Of a DNA stretch of 64,000 bases, positions 12,484-25,300 are shown one piece after another. Origin of the DNA: Anthoceros angustus. Its lineage: Eukaryota > Plantae > Anthocerotophyta. The stretch is from the NCBI GenBank assembly GCA_010909165.1, contig VJWM01000116.1:558001-622000 (forward strand), read 5' to 3'. The notes under the pieces are model-generated. The model was not told where the DNA came from. It saw only the letters and a list, made by a program, of their open reading frames with translations, and did no database searches. Within the stretch, counting starts at the first letter, position 1, and each line of letters opens with the position of its first letter. The translations under genes and the position numbers were made by a program.

Positions 12484-13890
12484 ATGGTGGTTACCCTCGC
12501 CGCTAACCACGATGGATTGGTGGAACATGATGAGGGGCTGGAGACTGGTAGGGATCGCCCAAACGGTGAGACAGAACAACCTGGCGCGGTTAGCGGTGTA
12601 CCACACAATCAGAAAAAGCCAACAATGTGGGCAAATTTCGTGCAGCATGTGAAGTCTGCAAATGCGGAGAACCCTTCGGCTGGAGAAGCCGCTGCAGAGC
12701 CTACCCATGCCGACAGAACTGGATTTGGAGTCCGTCGACATTGAGATTGTGTTGCCACGAGTGTGTGTCTTACTTGGTGGTGCGAGTTTGAACTTCCTCG
12801 TGATGAAGATGTTGAGGAAGATGTTGAGGACACCCTTCCTCCGAATGCCGGATGTGGAGGTGAAGGGCAAGAGGGGTCCAAAGCGGAAGAGGGTTCATCA
12901 TATCTCCCACGAGTGTTGCCCAACATCCGCATCCTTTTGGTAAGTACGCAACTTGCGCTTCATGAAATCTTGTTAGGGTTACAGTACATATTTATCCAGC
13001 GAAATTGTGTGTGGATCCAGTTTCGTCAAGAGCTGGATCGCCATGATAACCCGGCATGGTTCAGCTGTCCTAACGCTCGGTAGTACTAACTGTGTACCGC
13101 GCTTGTTTTCCGTGGTTCATCTACCATGAGAGTCCCTCGTACTTACCCATGAAGGACAGAGTCCATTTTGCGGTCCGGTACATATGCAATCCACTCATAC
13201 ATCCCTTTTGGAAACAGACTGAAGCCATCAAGCTTCATGTTGAGACATGTATCAGGCAAACTATGACTGGGCCATGGGAGTTTCAGCCTATTGTCCTGCA
13301 GTTTCTGAGCAGTAATTTGAAGTATTGGAGGAACAATGTTAGAAAGGAGGCTGTATCATTTGGTGGGAAAAGTCGACCCCATTATGTCCCGAAGGTGTGA
13401 AGCGGGAGTATTGGGATGTGTTTTGAAGGAGGAGCAAGACAAGATAAGTGGAGTTGTGGCTCCTAGCCAAGAAAACCGGCCGCCATGAGCGGATGAAGGA
13501 GGTAGGAAGCGGTTCATATTCATGCTTTGGGTAATGGAGGTCAAGGGTTTTTAGACAGTTTAAAGCGAAGTACTCAAGGGACCCAAGCTGAATGAGATAA
13601 GGGCTGTAGGAAGTAATCATGGGTCTTGGCTTTCAAAGTCGAGAGTGTATTGGAAGGAGTCCAAAATGGAACAGCCCGCTTTGGGTCCGTTGACTGGTGT
13701 AAATGGGGAGAAGGAGAAGGCTAATGTGGTGTGGGACATGTTGAAGGAGGCAGGATATCTGACTGATGAATGCGATGGGAAAGTCATGAAGGCCATCATG
13801 AAGCACAATGTTGTTGAGGACGGGTGGATGGTGAGGGAATATCTTCCCCGCAAATTGGCAAAGGATGCCGAGGCTGCTAAGGATGCATAA
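12484..13890 (+). pseudogene. Fragmented CACTA accessory gene, possibly TnpA-like
   Basis: Acidic N-terminal fragments, then LKYWRNNVRK..RPHYVP..KREYWDVF, which resembles the En/Spm TnpA region; multiple frameshifts. Confidence 0.45.
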
Positions 13891-14169
13891 GCCTCGCCTG
13901 TGAGAGTCCCGCTTGTCTTTAGACACCTGTGTTTGTCCATGCTTTCGTTTTGCTAATGGCTGCTTTTTGCGTTGGACAATTTTGGGGCTCTGCCATAGAG
14001 ATGTTGTGTCTGTGGAGAAGACCTGAAGTGCACCTTGTGCAATGCAGGGATGAGCCAGAGACTCGAATGATGGCGTGGTCTGGTCTAGATAGTAGATTCA
14101 GGCCATATTTTGTGAACAAACTCCTAAACACTCTAAGCCCCTTTTCTTTTACAAATGCTTTTTAGGGAT

Positions 14170-14420
14170 CATTCACTTACTACGATACTTTTACTACAGA
14201 TATTTTACTACTGCTTTTCATTTCAGGCGCTTTACTATAAGGGTTTTACTACATTACTTTTACTACAAGAGTTTTATTATATTACTTTTACTACAAAAGT
14301 TTTACTACATTGCTTTTACTACAAGAGTTTTACTACATTGTTTTTACTACAAGAATTTTACTATATTACTTTTACTACAAGAGTTTTACTACATTACTTT
14401 TACTACAAGAGTTTTACTAC
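14170..14420. repeat. TTTTACTAC-based subterminal tandem array of the CACTA element
   Basis: About 15 copies of TTTTACTAC(AAGAG/ATTAC). Confidence 0.9.
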
Positions 14421-14783
14421 GATCGTTTAAATTAGACCACGTTAATTAACCATGGTTTATTCACACCGCTTAATAAACCATGGTTTGTTAACCGATGATT
14501 TAAACGACACGAGTTAATAACTAATCATGGTTAAAATGGGTTTTACCCCGTAGTAAACGATGAAAGTAATTTATGTCGAAATTACAGTAGGCGTGAACTA
14601 ACCGTGTACGTGAAGAGAATACATCATATAAATACCGTATTAAATTATAGTATTTATCCCTATATGATGAGGACATTACCACGAAATTAACGCTTTGTCT
14701 TTACTACGGGTGTTTTTACTCGGAGTAGTAATTGCATAGTAAAGTCCGCTAAAGTCCGCTAAAGGTTATGTTTTCCTTGTTGC

Positions 14784-16852
14784 TAGCTCTTGTTGGATAC
14801 AGTGAGAATGTGAAAGCTTACAAATTGTTTGATCCTGAAGATCACAGCCTTATCCTGGCCCGCAGTGCTACGTTCCTGGAACTCACGTGGCCAGCCTCAG
14901 AGGGAGCTGTGGCCGACTCACGGCCCGACACGGGTCGCCACCAGCCTGACTCCCCTTCACATTTCCCGCAGGACGATGGCGATCCTCTTGAGGACACTAA
15001 CTCCGAGGACGAGGGCGGCGACTTTCCGTCTCTGCCGGACGTGGAGGGAGAAGACGCTGCCCTTGCTCCTCCAACCGACCACCAAGCCAGATCCTATACC
15101 GCTTGATCCCCGCCTGCATTTAGACTGCCGGCGCGCCACCGAGCTCTTGCCTGTTGACAAGGTGCCGCCTCAAGCCGGGCCTTCGGCTCGCATCGCGTCA
15201 CACCGCCGCTAGCATAGTGGGTGAGCCCCTCACCGGGCTTGATTCTCGGACCTCTTTCGGCTCACTGTCTGCAGCTCACTTCTCGCCACCTTCACTGGCG
15301 GAGGAGCCTACCACACTTACCCAAGCTCTCTCTGGCCCTGAATCCTCCAAGTGGTGGCTCGCGGTGGAGGATGAGTACCAAAGCCTTGTGAAGAACAAGA
15401 CCTGGGAGCTGGTCGATCCACCCCTTGGAAGGAAGCCGATCAGCTGCAAATGGACGTTTAAGCTCAAGCTTAACGCCCAAGGCCAGGTTGCCCGCTTCAA
15501 GGCCCACTTGGTAGCCCGAGGCTTCTCTCAAGTTGAAGGGCTCGACTACCAGGAAAATTTCTCCCCTGTTGTGCGAGCCCAATCTATCCGCATCCTCCTT
15601 TCCCTTGCTGCAGAACTTGACCTAGAGTTGCACCAGATGGATGTGTGCACAGCGTTCCTATTCGGAGCAGTCGACGAGGAGCTATACATGGATCAGCCCG
15701 AGGGCTATGTCAGCAAACAGTTCCCACACAAAGTGTTGAGACTCAAGAAGTGCATTTACGGCCTCAAACAGAGTGGCTGTGTCTGGTATACCACCATGCA
15801 CTCTTATTACCTCCTTAGTGTTTCTTTTGTCCAAAGCTCGGCACATGGGAACGTTTACAGGCTATCTCGGGGACCCCACTTCATGCTCCTTGCCCTTTAC
15901 GTGGATGACCTCATCCTCGCCACCAATAGCCAAGCCATGTTAGATGAGGTGAAGCAGCTGCTGAGCACCCGTTTTGAGATGAAAGACATAGGCGAACTCC
16001 AGTTCTGCCTTGGAATCCAAATTCTCAGGGACAGAGCTCAAGGCAGTCTGGTCATCCACCAGCACAAGTACATCAAGGAAATATTATCAAGATTCAAGCG
16101 GACCAAGCTAGGCCCGTCAACACCCCCTATGCTGTTGGCACGAAGCTTACAGCGGATCAGTTCCCTACCGCCATGCCGTGGGCAGCCTTATCTTCGTCAG
16201 CGGATGGACCAGACCCGACATCCAGTACTCCGTTTCCTTAGTATCACAATTCTTAGAATCACCTGGAAAGGCACACTGGGCAGCGGTTAAGAGGGTCTTC
16301 CGCTACCTTAAGAACCCTCACATACGGCCTGGCATACAAAAGCGAAGGCACAGGGAAGCTGTCGCTTGTGGGATACACCGATGCAGATTGGGCCTCCAAC
16401 CCCAACTCACGGAAGAGCCTTAGTGCACACTGTTTCCTCTTGTCCTCCGCAGCGGTGAACTGGAGTTGCAAGAAGCAAACCTCCATCGCCCTCTCCTCCA
16501 CAGAAGCAGAGTATAAATCACTTACCGATGCTGCGAAGGAGGCAGAGTGGGAGAGAGCCTTCCTGGCCGACATCGACCAGAAGCAGGACAATCCTACACC
16601 CCTACATTGTGATAACATATCAGCCCTGGCTTTGGTTGCAAATCCCAAGTTCCACGCCAAGACAAAGCACATCGAGATTCAACATCACTACATACGGGAT
16701 GTAGTTGAGCGGGGCGTAGTGAAGCTACCTACATCTCAACGGAGGACAATGCTGCGGACATATTGACCAAGGGTCTACCCAAGCTACGCCACTACCAGCA
16801 CATGCTCAAGCTAGGCTTGATCGACTTCTCACCCGAACTCGCCGTAGCCTGA
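14784..16852 (+). pseudogene. Copia integrase SH3 end, reverse transcriptase and RNase H (frameshifted)
   Basis: WELV..KPISCKWTFK, LHQMDVCTAFL, LYVDDL, GYTDADWA, SSTEAEY, KTKHIEIQHHYIRD. Confidence 0.95.
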
Positions 16853-16961
16853 GGCAGAAGAGAAGACTTAGCCTTCAGAGGGAGCATGCCACAGAGGAGT
16901 GTCACATTCCATGGAAGATAGTCTCCATCACTGGCCAGGTTACGCTCAGCTTAAGAGGGAG

Positions 16962-17186
16962 TATTACGGAACGGTTAATCTGCCCGTAACCCTGCCCGTA
17001 ATCTAGTTACCGTTTAGAGGGTTAGGTCACTACGAAAGGGTGTGCCTCTTCATGAACGGACACCCTACACCATACCTTAAAACACACCTTGTGTACCTTT
17101 TGTTTAACTAATTAACGAAGAACATATCTTGCGTAGCATCATGGGTTAGATGCATGCTACACAATCCTATTGCTAGGTTTTTCTCA
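16962..17186 (+). repeat. 3' LTR (225 bp) preceded by polypurine tract
   Basis: AAGAGGGAG at 16953-16961, then TATTACGG...TTCTCA. Confidence 0.95.
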
Positions 17187-17337
17187 ATATACTTGTTTGA
17201 AACCCTCGCAAGAACTATAAGATGACATGAAGCATGTTTTTATTTCATTTTTGTGTAATGAGGGAGAAACATTAGAAATCCTGCTCTCACAAACTGAGGA
17301 CTAACTTGCTCCTTAAACTTGGGACTACAACGTACTC

Positions 17338-17474
17338 ATGATGATGATGAGTGATTGTATCCATGGCACAGTCATCTTCACTATCATGCATATTATGATA
17401 TTGATGTTGTGTCGTATGCATCAATATCAAAATATGCATGATAGTGATAATGTCCATGCAATGGATACAATCCC

Positions 17475-17487
<13 letters not shown>
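17338..17487. repeat. Long imperfect inverted repeat (~69-bp arms, 12-nt loop) followed by a (CAT)n microsatellite to 17518
   Basis: 17338-17406 is nearly the reverse complement of 17419-17487. Confidence 0.85.
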
Positions 17488-17519
<32 letters not shown>

Positions 17520-18099
17520 ATAGAATTAATAGAAATTAATGCCAATTCCTTGACGTGCTTTGGACCTAGTGAGGCTATATGTTCAAGATGCACCATGTAC
17601 CTTGTAGACGTCGAAATGCCCTTTCCACAACAATCCTGCTTGAGCTATAGATATTAGTTATTAAACGGTTAGGTCTTTGAACGTGTTCAAGTTTTTGCTT
17701 GGGAAAAGGATTCTAGCAAGCCAAGCCTATAGTAATAGAAATTTGCCTGCATCACCAATTATGTATTCCTAGATCTTGTGAGGTCCCGCAAGTATATCAG
17801 CTCCATGAAGTCATTCCTTGTCATCTCCTAGTTGCTATAGATTAGAATTACTAAGAACAGTATATAACTCCATGAAGTCATTCCTTGTTTGGCGACTATT
17901 CCAGTCTTTAGCGACTAGGAGACTTCTCCTAGTCGCTATAGACTGGAATTACTAAGAACTCTGGAATCATTTACACTAGCTATACGTTGCTAGCAGCTGT
18001 GTAGCCAGCCAGTATAAACATCAATGAAGTGCATACTCATGAATACAATACCTTAAAGGGTGATGCTATAGTTTCTCTTGTGATCAAAGTAAGCTTTTG

Positions 18100-18357
18100 A
18101 GATGAGACCTGGAGAAAATCCAGTTCATCGATAGCTCCTTTGCAATTTGGCTACCGAGCTCGGACGTGATTCTTGAAACCCATCTCCACCTCAATTTCTC
18201 TCTCTCCTGTTGGCCACTTGACATGGTGGTGCATGAGAAGTGAGTGATCGCACAAACCGTCATACAACCTTCAAGTTGGACAGTGTAGACTCTTGAAACT
18301 ATAGACTCTGCAACCACTTTCAGAGAATCTCTAGCCGCCCAAACTAGTCAAATCCAT
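18100..18357 (-). pseudogene. PIF/Harbinger transposase fragment
   Basis: VAESIVSR and HHHVKWPTGEREIEVEMGF..*PNCKGAID match the Harbinger WP..F..PNC.GAID signature. Confidence 0.7.
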
Positions 18358-18713
18358 AGCCACCTATTTTGCAACATGCGACTTCTTGGTTGGTAGGGTG
18401 ATAAGACTTGTTTTGCAATAGCGACTTCTAGGTTGGTAGGGTAATGAGACCTAGAAGAGGATATGTGTGGTCAAGTCTGAAGCAACAACACTGCAAATGT
18501 ATTTGAATGTGGGTGAAGAGACTTTGATCGTATCCCTCCATCTATCAGGATCATCAGTTGGGATAATTGGCATGAACTTTGCCCATCAATGAAGTGATCG
18601 TGACTTGATGTAATGTATATCTACTCTTCTTTGGCGCTTTCAATTAAATTGAGCTGCTGTGCAAAACATTGTAGTGAGAAGATAATATATTATTCGCAAC
18701 TTTACTGGAAAAT

Positions 18714-19160
18714 ACACCGGAGTCTCCAAAATTTAAAGGCAACAAGCCTATAGTAGTTATAACTGCGATGTGGTATGTTCAGCGTCAAGAATTGCTACTA
18801 TTGCGATCATAAGTACAAGAATGAAGCAATTATGAGAATCAGCCATCGCAGCATTGCCGAGAACCAAATGAGTAGGTAGAAATGTATACCACCGGGACCT
18901 TTCGTTTCATGCGGGTAAGGGTCCTTAAACTCTAGCAATTTTAAGCCATGTGTATATTTCTTTCGGTACATGGAAAGTGCCCTAAATCATTTCACTCAAA
19001 TTGTGTTTGGTGCACATGAAAACGAGTGCTTATGTACCACTTTAATTATGATAATACAATTGACTGAAAGTGTCCAATATTCATTAAAATTATGGTTAAA
19101 AAGCCTTATAATGTGCAACTATTTCCAATAAGATAGGACATGAAAGAGTTACGGATTAGA
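18714..19160. repeat. Dispersed ~450-bp repeat, copy 2
   Basis: Colinear diverged copy of 1835-2330. Confidence 0.8.
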
Positions 19161-19584
19161 TACAATAAGGTAAGACTTTGGCCTCCTCACAACACTCTTG
19201 CGTTGCATATATGGAGGACAAGCTATGACATGAGCTTGTCTTTATGTAAAAAGGTTTATATATACTAGCCCTTGGCATCACCATGCATATTCCTAAGATA
19301 TCTTATTGGCATCAATATATGCCAGAAATATCCTAAGAATACACTATAATATGCAAGGAATGTGCTAAAGCATATTACTTGTGCTTATCCACTTAGCTAT
19401 TGCTATCTATATTTAATTAACACTAATTAACTCTTAATTATCATAATCAACTAAGATTAAATAATAATTACTTACTTACTTAAAGATAAGTAATTAGATT
19501 AATTAATGCTAATGAAACATTAAACCCAAGTGTAGAAATTAGTGTCACATGGCATGACATTAGTGAGCTTGTCCTTGAGTCAAG

Positions 19585-19730
19585 GGCAATAGCCAGTTGG
19601 GCGTAGATAGCTAGACTAAAAGTGTGTATTCAATAGTAGTAGCCAGTTGGGCGTAGATAGCCAAACCCAAGTCTGTATTCAAGGGCAGTAGCCAGTTGGG
19701 CATCAATAGCCAGACTCAAGTGTGTATTCT
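19585..19730. repeat. Tandem repeat (~50 bp x3)
   Basis: AGCCAGTTGGGCGTAGATAGC...GTGTATTC repeated. Confidence 0.8.
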
Positions 19731-19879
19731 GGAATAAAGAGCAGCACTTCGAGGGTGTGGTTTGCGAGTCGTCAGCAGACGGCAGGTACTTGGAGCCTTG
19801 TCGTGAGATTGAGAGTGCTGAAAGTTGTGTAAGTTTTTGTGTGGAGTGAATTGGCGAGGTCCTAGACTGCTGGGAGAGG

Positions 19880-20481
19880 ACTTGCCGCTTCCCAACTTCC
19901 CAGCACTTGCCGCTTCCCAGCACTTGCTGCTTCCCCGCTTCCCAGCACTTGCCGCTTCCCAGCTTCCCAGCACTTGCCGCTTCCCCGCTTCCCAGCACTT
20001 GCCGCTTCCCAACTTCCTAGCACTTGCCGCTTCCCAGCTTCCGAGCACTTGCCGCTTCCCAGCTTCCCAACACATGCCGTTTCCTAGCTTCCTCTGCCTC
20101 CGCCTCCCAACACTTGCCGCCCCACTTCCCAAAGACTTGCCGCTTCCCGCCTTGCCGCTTCCCAGCACTTACGCTTCCAGCTTCCCAAAGACTGCCGCTT
20201 CAGCCTTCCCAGCACTTGCCGCCTCAGCTTCCCAACACTTGCCGCCGCCTCCCCAGCCTTGCCGCCTCAGCTTCCAGCACCGCCTCCAGCTTCCCAGCAC
20301 TTGCCTCCCAGCCTTCCCAAGACTTGCCGCCTCCCAGCCTTCCCAGCACTTGCCGCCTCCCAGCTTCCCAGCACTTGCCGCCTCCCAGCTTCCCAGCACT
20401 TGCCGCCTCCCAGCTTCCCAGCACTTGCCGCTTCCCAGCACTTGCCGCTTCCCAACTTCCCAGCACTTGCCACTTCCCAAC
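19880..20481. repeat. Minisatellite (TTCCCAGCACTTGCCGC / TTCCCAGC units)
   Basis: About 600 bp of 17-25-bp units that produce spurious ORFs in all frames. Confidence 0.95.
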
Positions 20482-20674
20482 GCTGTAGTAATGCGGCATT
20501 ATTCTTTCTTTCCTATTCTTAATTATGTTTTTTAATCATTATTTGGAATTAGCGAGGACATATCCGAAGATCCTCACCGATATACCACATCCAAGAGTGG
20601 CAGATTATTGCACACGTACCTAAGCGATTTTGAACATAAAAAAACCATATGTCGGTGGGCCACCGTAAGTGCTG

Positions 20675-21941
20675 TCATTTTCTACTAGTGCCGAGAACGA
20701 TCTCCTCATATGGGTGCACGTAGTCATAGATTGTTGGCTCGGGAAAATCCTTAGGCAAAGAGCTCCAGTGCAAAGAAGGGTGCCAATCTGTTCGCTTCAA
20801 ATTCTCGAGAAGGCTCTCGAGAAGAATCCTACTTCCTGTGGAGGCTAGGTGCATACCATCTCTGAATCCATAACAGAAGACCATAAAGTTTAGTAACAGA
20901 CTGATGAAAGCGTACGGAGAAAACCCAGAGAAACTAGACACTAGTGGCCTTGGCCTGTGCGTTTGGACTGATCTTACGTCAAGCACTTGGTTTCCCAGTC
21001 GGGCTCTTGTTGCAGGGAGGTCCACAAGTCGATCACTCCAACATCCAGTTCATGAGCAACACTCCTGCAGGCCGCAGCATACTCCCCAGCTCGCTCGTTA
21101 GTCCGATCCAAGTACTCCCCAGCTTCTGGCACCCCAAATTTGTCCCTGAAAATCACCAACTAGCTATCATGCTTTAGGTGCAGGTCCAAACAGACAGATT
21201 ATACAACTTGGTAGGATGTACAAAAGCATGTATCATGGGCAGCCAACCTGGCCACTGCCCGGCGTGCTTCTTCGTTGATTGGGGGAGCCGTGATGAGGAT
21301 CACTCTCGTGGTTTCAGACAGTCCCTGCCCCACCCACGCACGCGTCGGTAAGCTGCACCCAGCACGCTCAGCAAACTGAATCCTATCGTACTAGTCTGCC
21401 ATAGGATGCAATGACGCACTCCCCCACCTTCAGATGGGTAGCGATACGCCGCAAGTTGTCCTTGAATTCAGGGATAGGGACAGCCTGTCCCCTACCAGAA
21501 GGAACAGGAACCGCTGCATCGTTTGCTCCAAAGAAGACTGTAACGAGATCCGGCTGCCTGGGAGCATCCTGGAAACCATCGGCAGACATCGGCTTCCCCT
21601 CATTCAGCATACAAGTGGCAAGCATCAAAAAAACAAATCTCAAGGTCACCTTGGGAAACAAGCTTTCCAAGACCGTCACAGCTCGGCGGGTGTTCCATCC
21701 GGAGAATCCTCTGAGTAGAACGTCAGCCTGAGGGTTCACACAGTCAAAAGTGTGGCAGGTCTCCAAGTAAGAAAATCACCCACTTTCGTATCCCAACAAC
21801 ATGAATCATAGCAACATGTGCTCCGCGCACCTTTCGAGAATAGAGATCCGTGAGCGCAGCTCCCCAGCCTCCTTCCTCGAATGAGAATTCGGTCATGGAC
21901 GCACCAAACAGCACAAACAGAGGTCGGGTGTGCCCCGCCAT
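20675..21941 (-). CDS. GDSL/SGNH esterase (CPRD49/IAH1-like), multi-exon
   Basis: MAGHTRPLFVLFGASMTEFSF..GGWG, RGFSGWNTR, FFGANDA, ILITAPP, DGMHL. Confidence 0.93.
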
Positions 21942-22387
21942 TGCCGTATCATGAACGATATCCACCCACAAGAACAGATTCCTCACGGTTGCCCACCAAC
22001 ACCCGTTCGCAGCCCGTCTGAAAGCGTGACCGCCACGGAGGTGGCTGGTGCGAACCTCCCTCAAACTGGTCCCCTAACGATTTGGCATCCAATGCTTCCT
22101 TCGTTGGGAATTGCGTATGCTTATTTGATCGTCGAGACTATCACATGCCTGCTGTACTGAATTCCGAACCTTTAACGCATGACGGCGTTCATGCCCACTG
22201 TCGTTTGCGTCCGCAGGGGATAGTGGGCATCAACCTTCGTCATTCCTTCCTTCCAAAACCCATCACTCTGGGTTCCACAGATACCACACAGCCTTGACCA
22301 AGTGGTTTGTTCGTGACTGACCAGAGGAGTTCACAGCTGCAACTACTGTATATTTAATCAAAGTCCGGAAGCACTTCGGACCCTACT

Positions 22388-25300
22388 CTAAGCATCCGGT
22401 GATTTTGGAGGTCCGTGGGTCTTGAATTCTCCTGCACAAGTAGTATACCAAAGTTCACCTGGCCCTGCACATCCATGAATCACAATCAAGTTTGACCCCA
22501 CAAGAGAGACCAGGAAACTGTAGAACACTTCTTCAGCTCTCAGCTGAGTAACTACCTTGAAGTTCCGGTACGTGGAAAGAGTCCGCAGTGGCTCAAACTG
22601 ATTCTCACGGTGGCCAGTTGATTGATTTATATTGATCATGGTGCATCGATTGCAGCCACCCAAGACCTACAAAGCAGAAGTCAAGAGTTGTGAGCATTCT
22701 TGAGCTCCCTGAGCGGAGTAGCCACTAAACATGTCGTCACAATGGTGCTGAAGGGATGAATATACAAATCAGAAAGACTCACCTCGAAGTTTTCGTCGCC
22801 TATTTTGACTGACTTCCAGCCGTCTTCTGCGTAGCGAGAGCCACCGGATACAACAAGGTTTGGCCGAAACTGTGAAGCCTCAACCTCTACACTGCCTTGC
22901 CCAGAGGAGGCCAGACGTTTGTTAACATCGTCAACACTCGCTTGCGACACAAGCAGAAACTGTCCTTCATTGGCAAAGCTAAGTTCACTTCTTTGCTTTG
23001 CTGACGTGCTCGTGGACTCTGTTGGTAGTGCACAAATCTTACTTTGTCCTTCCCTTGTCCACCGGTTCTTGGCCTTTTTCCTCAACAACGAGCAAGGTAC
23101 ACCGAGCACATCTGACAGCCATTCACTAACCTCTGGATGGAACTCAGATAATCCAGGTCTGACACAAACGGTGTCACAGGTTAGGCTTGCACACCGGTAA
23201 ACCGGTAAAACCATGACTGCAGGATAAGAAACCAACCCGTGTCTGCTGAGATCGTCTTCAGTAGAGCTGGTAAGAGACAGTTTGAGTCCTTCCCTCTTAT
23301 TCCGTGCTCCAATGTGGAGCTCCCCATTTGAGAGGTCAATCCAAGTTTGGATTAGGCACATGGATGGGTTCTGCAACTCCACGACTCAGACTTCCAGCAT
23401 ATTTCAACCAGCATGAACTTGAAAAGGACAAGACAAGCTTTGACGTCTGACGTAAGGCCATTGAAGCTAGAGGGGTTGAAGGGACACACCATCTTTTGGG
23501 TGAGGATATTTCCACTTGCTGTCACTATGCAGAATTCCCTGTCGTACATGAGTCCTGCAAATCAGCACAGTTAGACAGCACAGTTTTTAAGAGCTTAAAT
23601 GCGTACTCCAAAAACAACAGATTCTAGCAAGCAGTCCCTTACCAGTGTCACCAAGAGCCCAGGTCTGCACACGGAACCCAGCACAGGATTTGATTGGGTA
23701 AACTATGATGGATTCCAGCGTGATTCCAGCAGAAGGATTGATCCTTTTTCCCGATATCTTCCCAGGCTCACCGCCTGCTTGTGAGTCAACTATCCAGTTC
23801 AAAAACGATAAGTACCAGAGCAAGGATACGATGAAGAACGAAGAGTATATGGGTACTCACCGTTGATTGCATGGATCGGCTGAGTGTCAGCACAGCTAAA
23901 ATTCGCACGAGCTTTTGTTTCCACGAAATATTTCTCAATGAAGGAGATAAATGCCTGCAGTGTGCAACAAATTGTGCATCTGTTACCTACAAGTCCACTC
24001 AAGAGAACACCTGCCTCTCGATAACAATGAGTAATCAAACCACCAGATAAGCTCCCATCTAGTATTACCGCAACATCCTCGTAGGATGACATGTAGCCAA
24101 AAGAGACTCGTACAGCTCCGGTAGGCTTGCCATTAATGACATCATGATCATCCCAACAGACGTGGCCGCTCTGCATTAAGAACGTCCAACAGATCAGTCC
24201 TGTTGGTTTATCAGTCCAACCTTAAGTGCGTTCAAGTCGTCATGCAAAAAATGGGACTGCTTGCCTCAAAATTCTGCTGCAGTTCATTGTGGGATAACCC
24301 TATGAATTTGGCACATGCTCCAGGATTGCAGAAACAGCCACCCTGGTAGACACAGAATACAGAAGGTTGGGAGAACCATCAGACTGTGCATGCGTAGGCT
24401 GCAGATCGATTGAACATGCACACCCCTATAATTTGCACAACATCAAGAAAACCTATTTAGCCATATGAAAAGCCCTGAGAATGCTTCCTACCCGAAGATG
24501 AATGTTGTTTAAGGCTGCAAACCTTTCAACTTCACGATAGCCAACCCAAGACCCATCTGCTCGCTTGAGGTTGAAAGAGATCACCGGCCCTTGCTCACAC
24601 TGTTGACCCCAGTATTGCTGTTGCACATCCCATCAGCATAAGACAACGTGAACAACCCAGACTTGCAGAGGCAGAAAAATAATCACACATACAAGCCACA
24701 TAGCGTCCTCATTTGGCCCAAACGAATATTCAATAGGGTCAGCAGACATTTCAGCTAGGGACTTACCGTGGGAAGATCATCTGACCGACAATGATTTCCA
24801 TACAATGTGCACACTTCCTTCCCATTCCGATGTCTTAAGGTCATCAATTTGTGAGCTGTAAACCTTGTCAGAGCACCTGTGTGCCTGTCATTGTTTTATC
24901 TCACATCAACACCTTCTCGTGACATGGAGATACAAAAGGTCACAAATGTTAACTACAAGCAAAGATTCTACTACGCTACTAGAACGTGTACCTGTACTAG
25001 CTCCACATTCTAGTAGCGTCAAAGCATGCCATACCTCTGAATAGCAGGCAGGGTCAACTGGTTGATCAAGGCAAAACCATGACGAAGGGATGCAACGGCA
25101 AGGAATGATGGCGTCCCATCTTCAAGCCATTGTTCCAACTTGTCTCGTTTCTGCATGAAGTCCACGTCTGCTATAGAAACTGCTACCGTGCCTGCTGCCA
25201 GAAAACTTCAGACACGTCACCCACTGCCAAATAAACGTGCACAAAAATTGTTAGGACCCCATCACGTACCACCACCGAAGTACTTCTTCCTCAATAAGAT

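Larger units (their letters stand above)
9875..14783. mobile_element. Non-autonomous/degenerate CACTA (En/Spm) element nested in the copia integrase
   Basis: Left TIR CACTACAACGAAACCATGCCCTTTA; imperfect right TIR TAAAGGTTATGTTTTCCTTGTTG; TTTACTAC subterminal repeats; copia frame resumes across it (KLEDRSR | LALVGYSENVKAYKLFDP). Confidence 0.85.
5543..17186 (+). mobile_element. Full-length Ty1/copia LTR retrotransposon (degenerate), interrupted by a CACTA element
   Basis: Paired 225-bp LTRs, PBS, PPT, TSD GTATA/ATATA, and gag-PR-INT-RT-RH domain order. Confidence 0.96.

Noticed and set aside
17287-17596. Poly-Met, poly-His and poly-Asp ORFs
   Set aside because: Arise from the (CAT)n microsatellite and hairpin
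19630-20535. Long repetitive ORFs on both strands
   Set aside because: Products of a minisatellite; open in many frames
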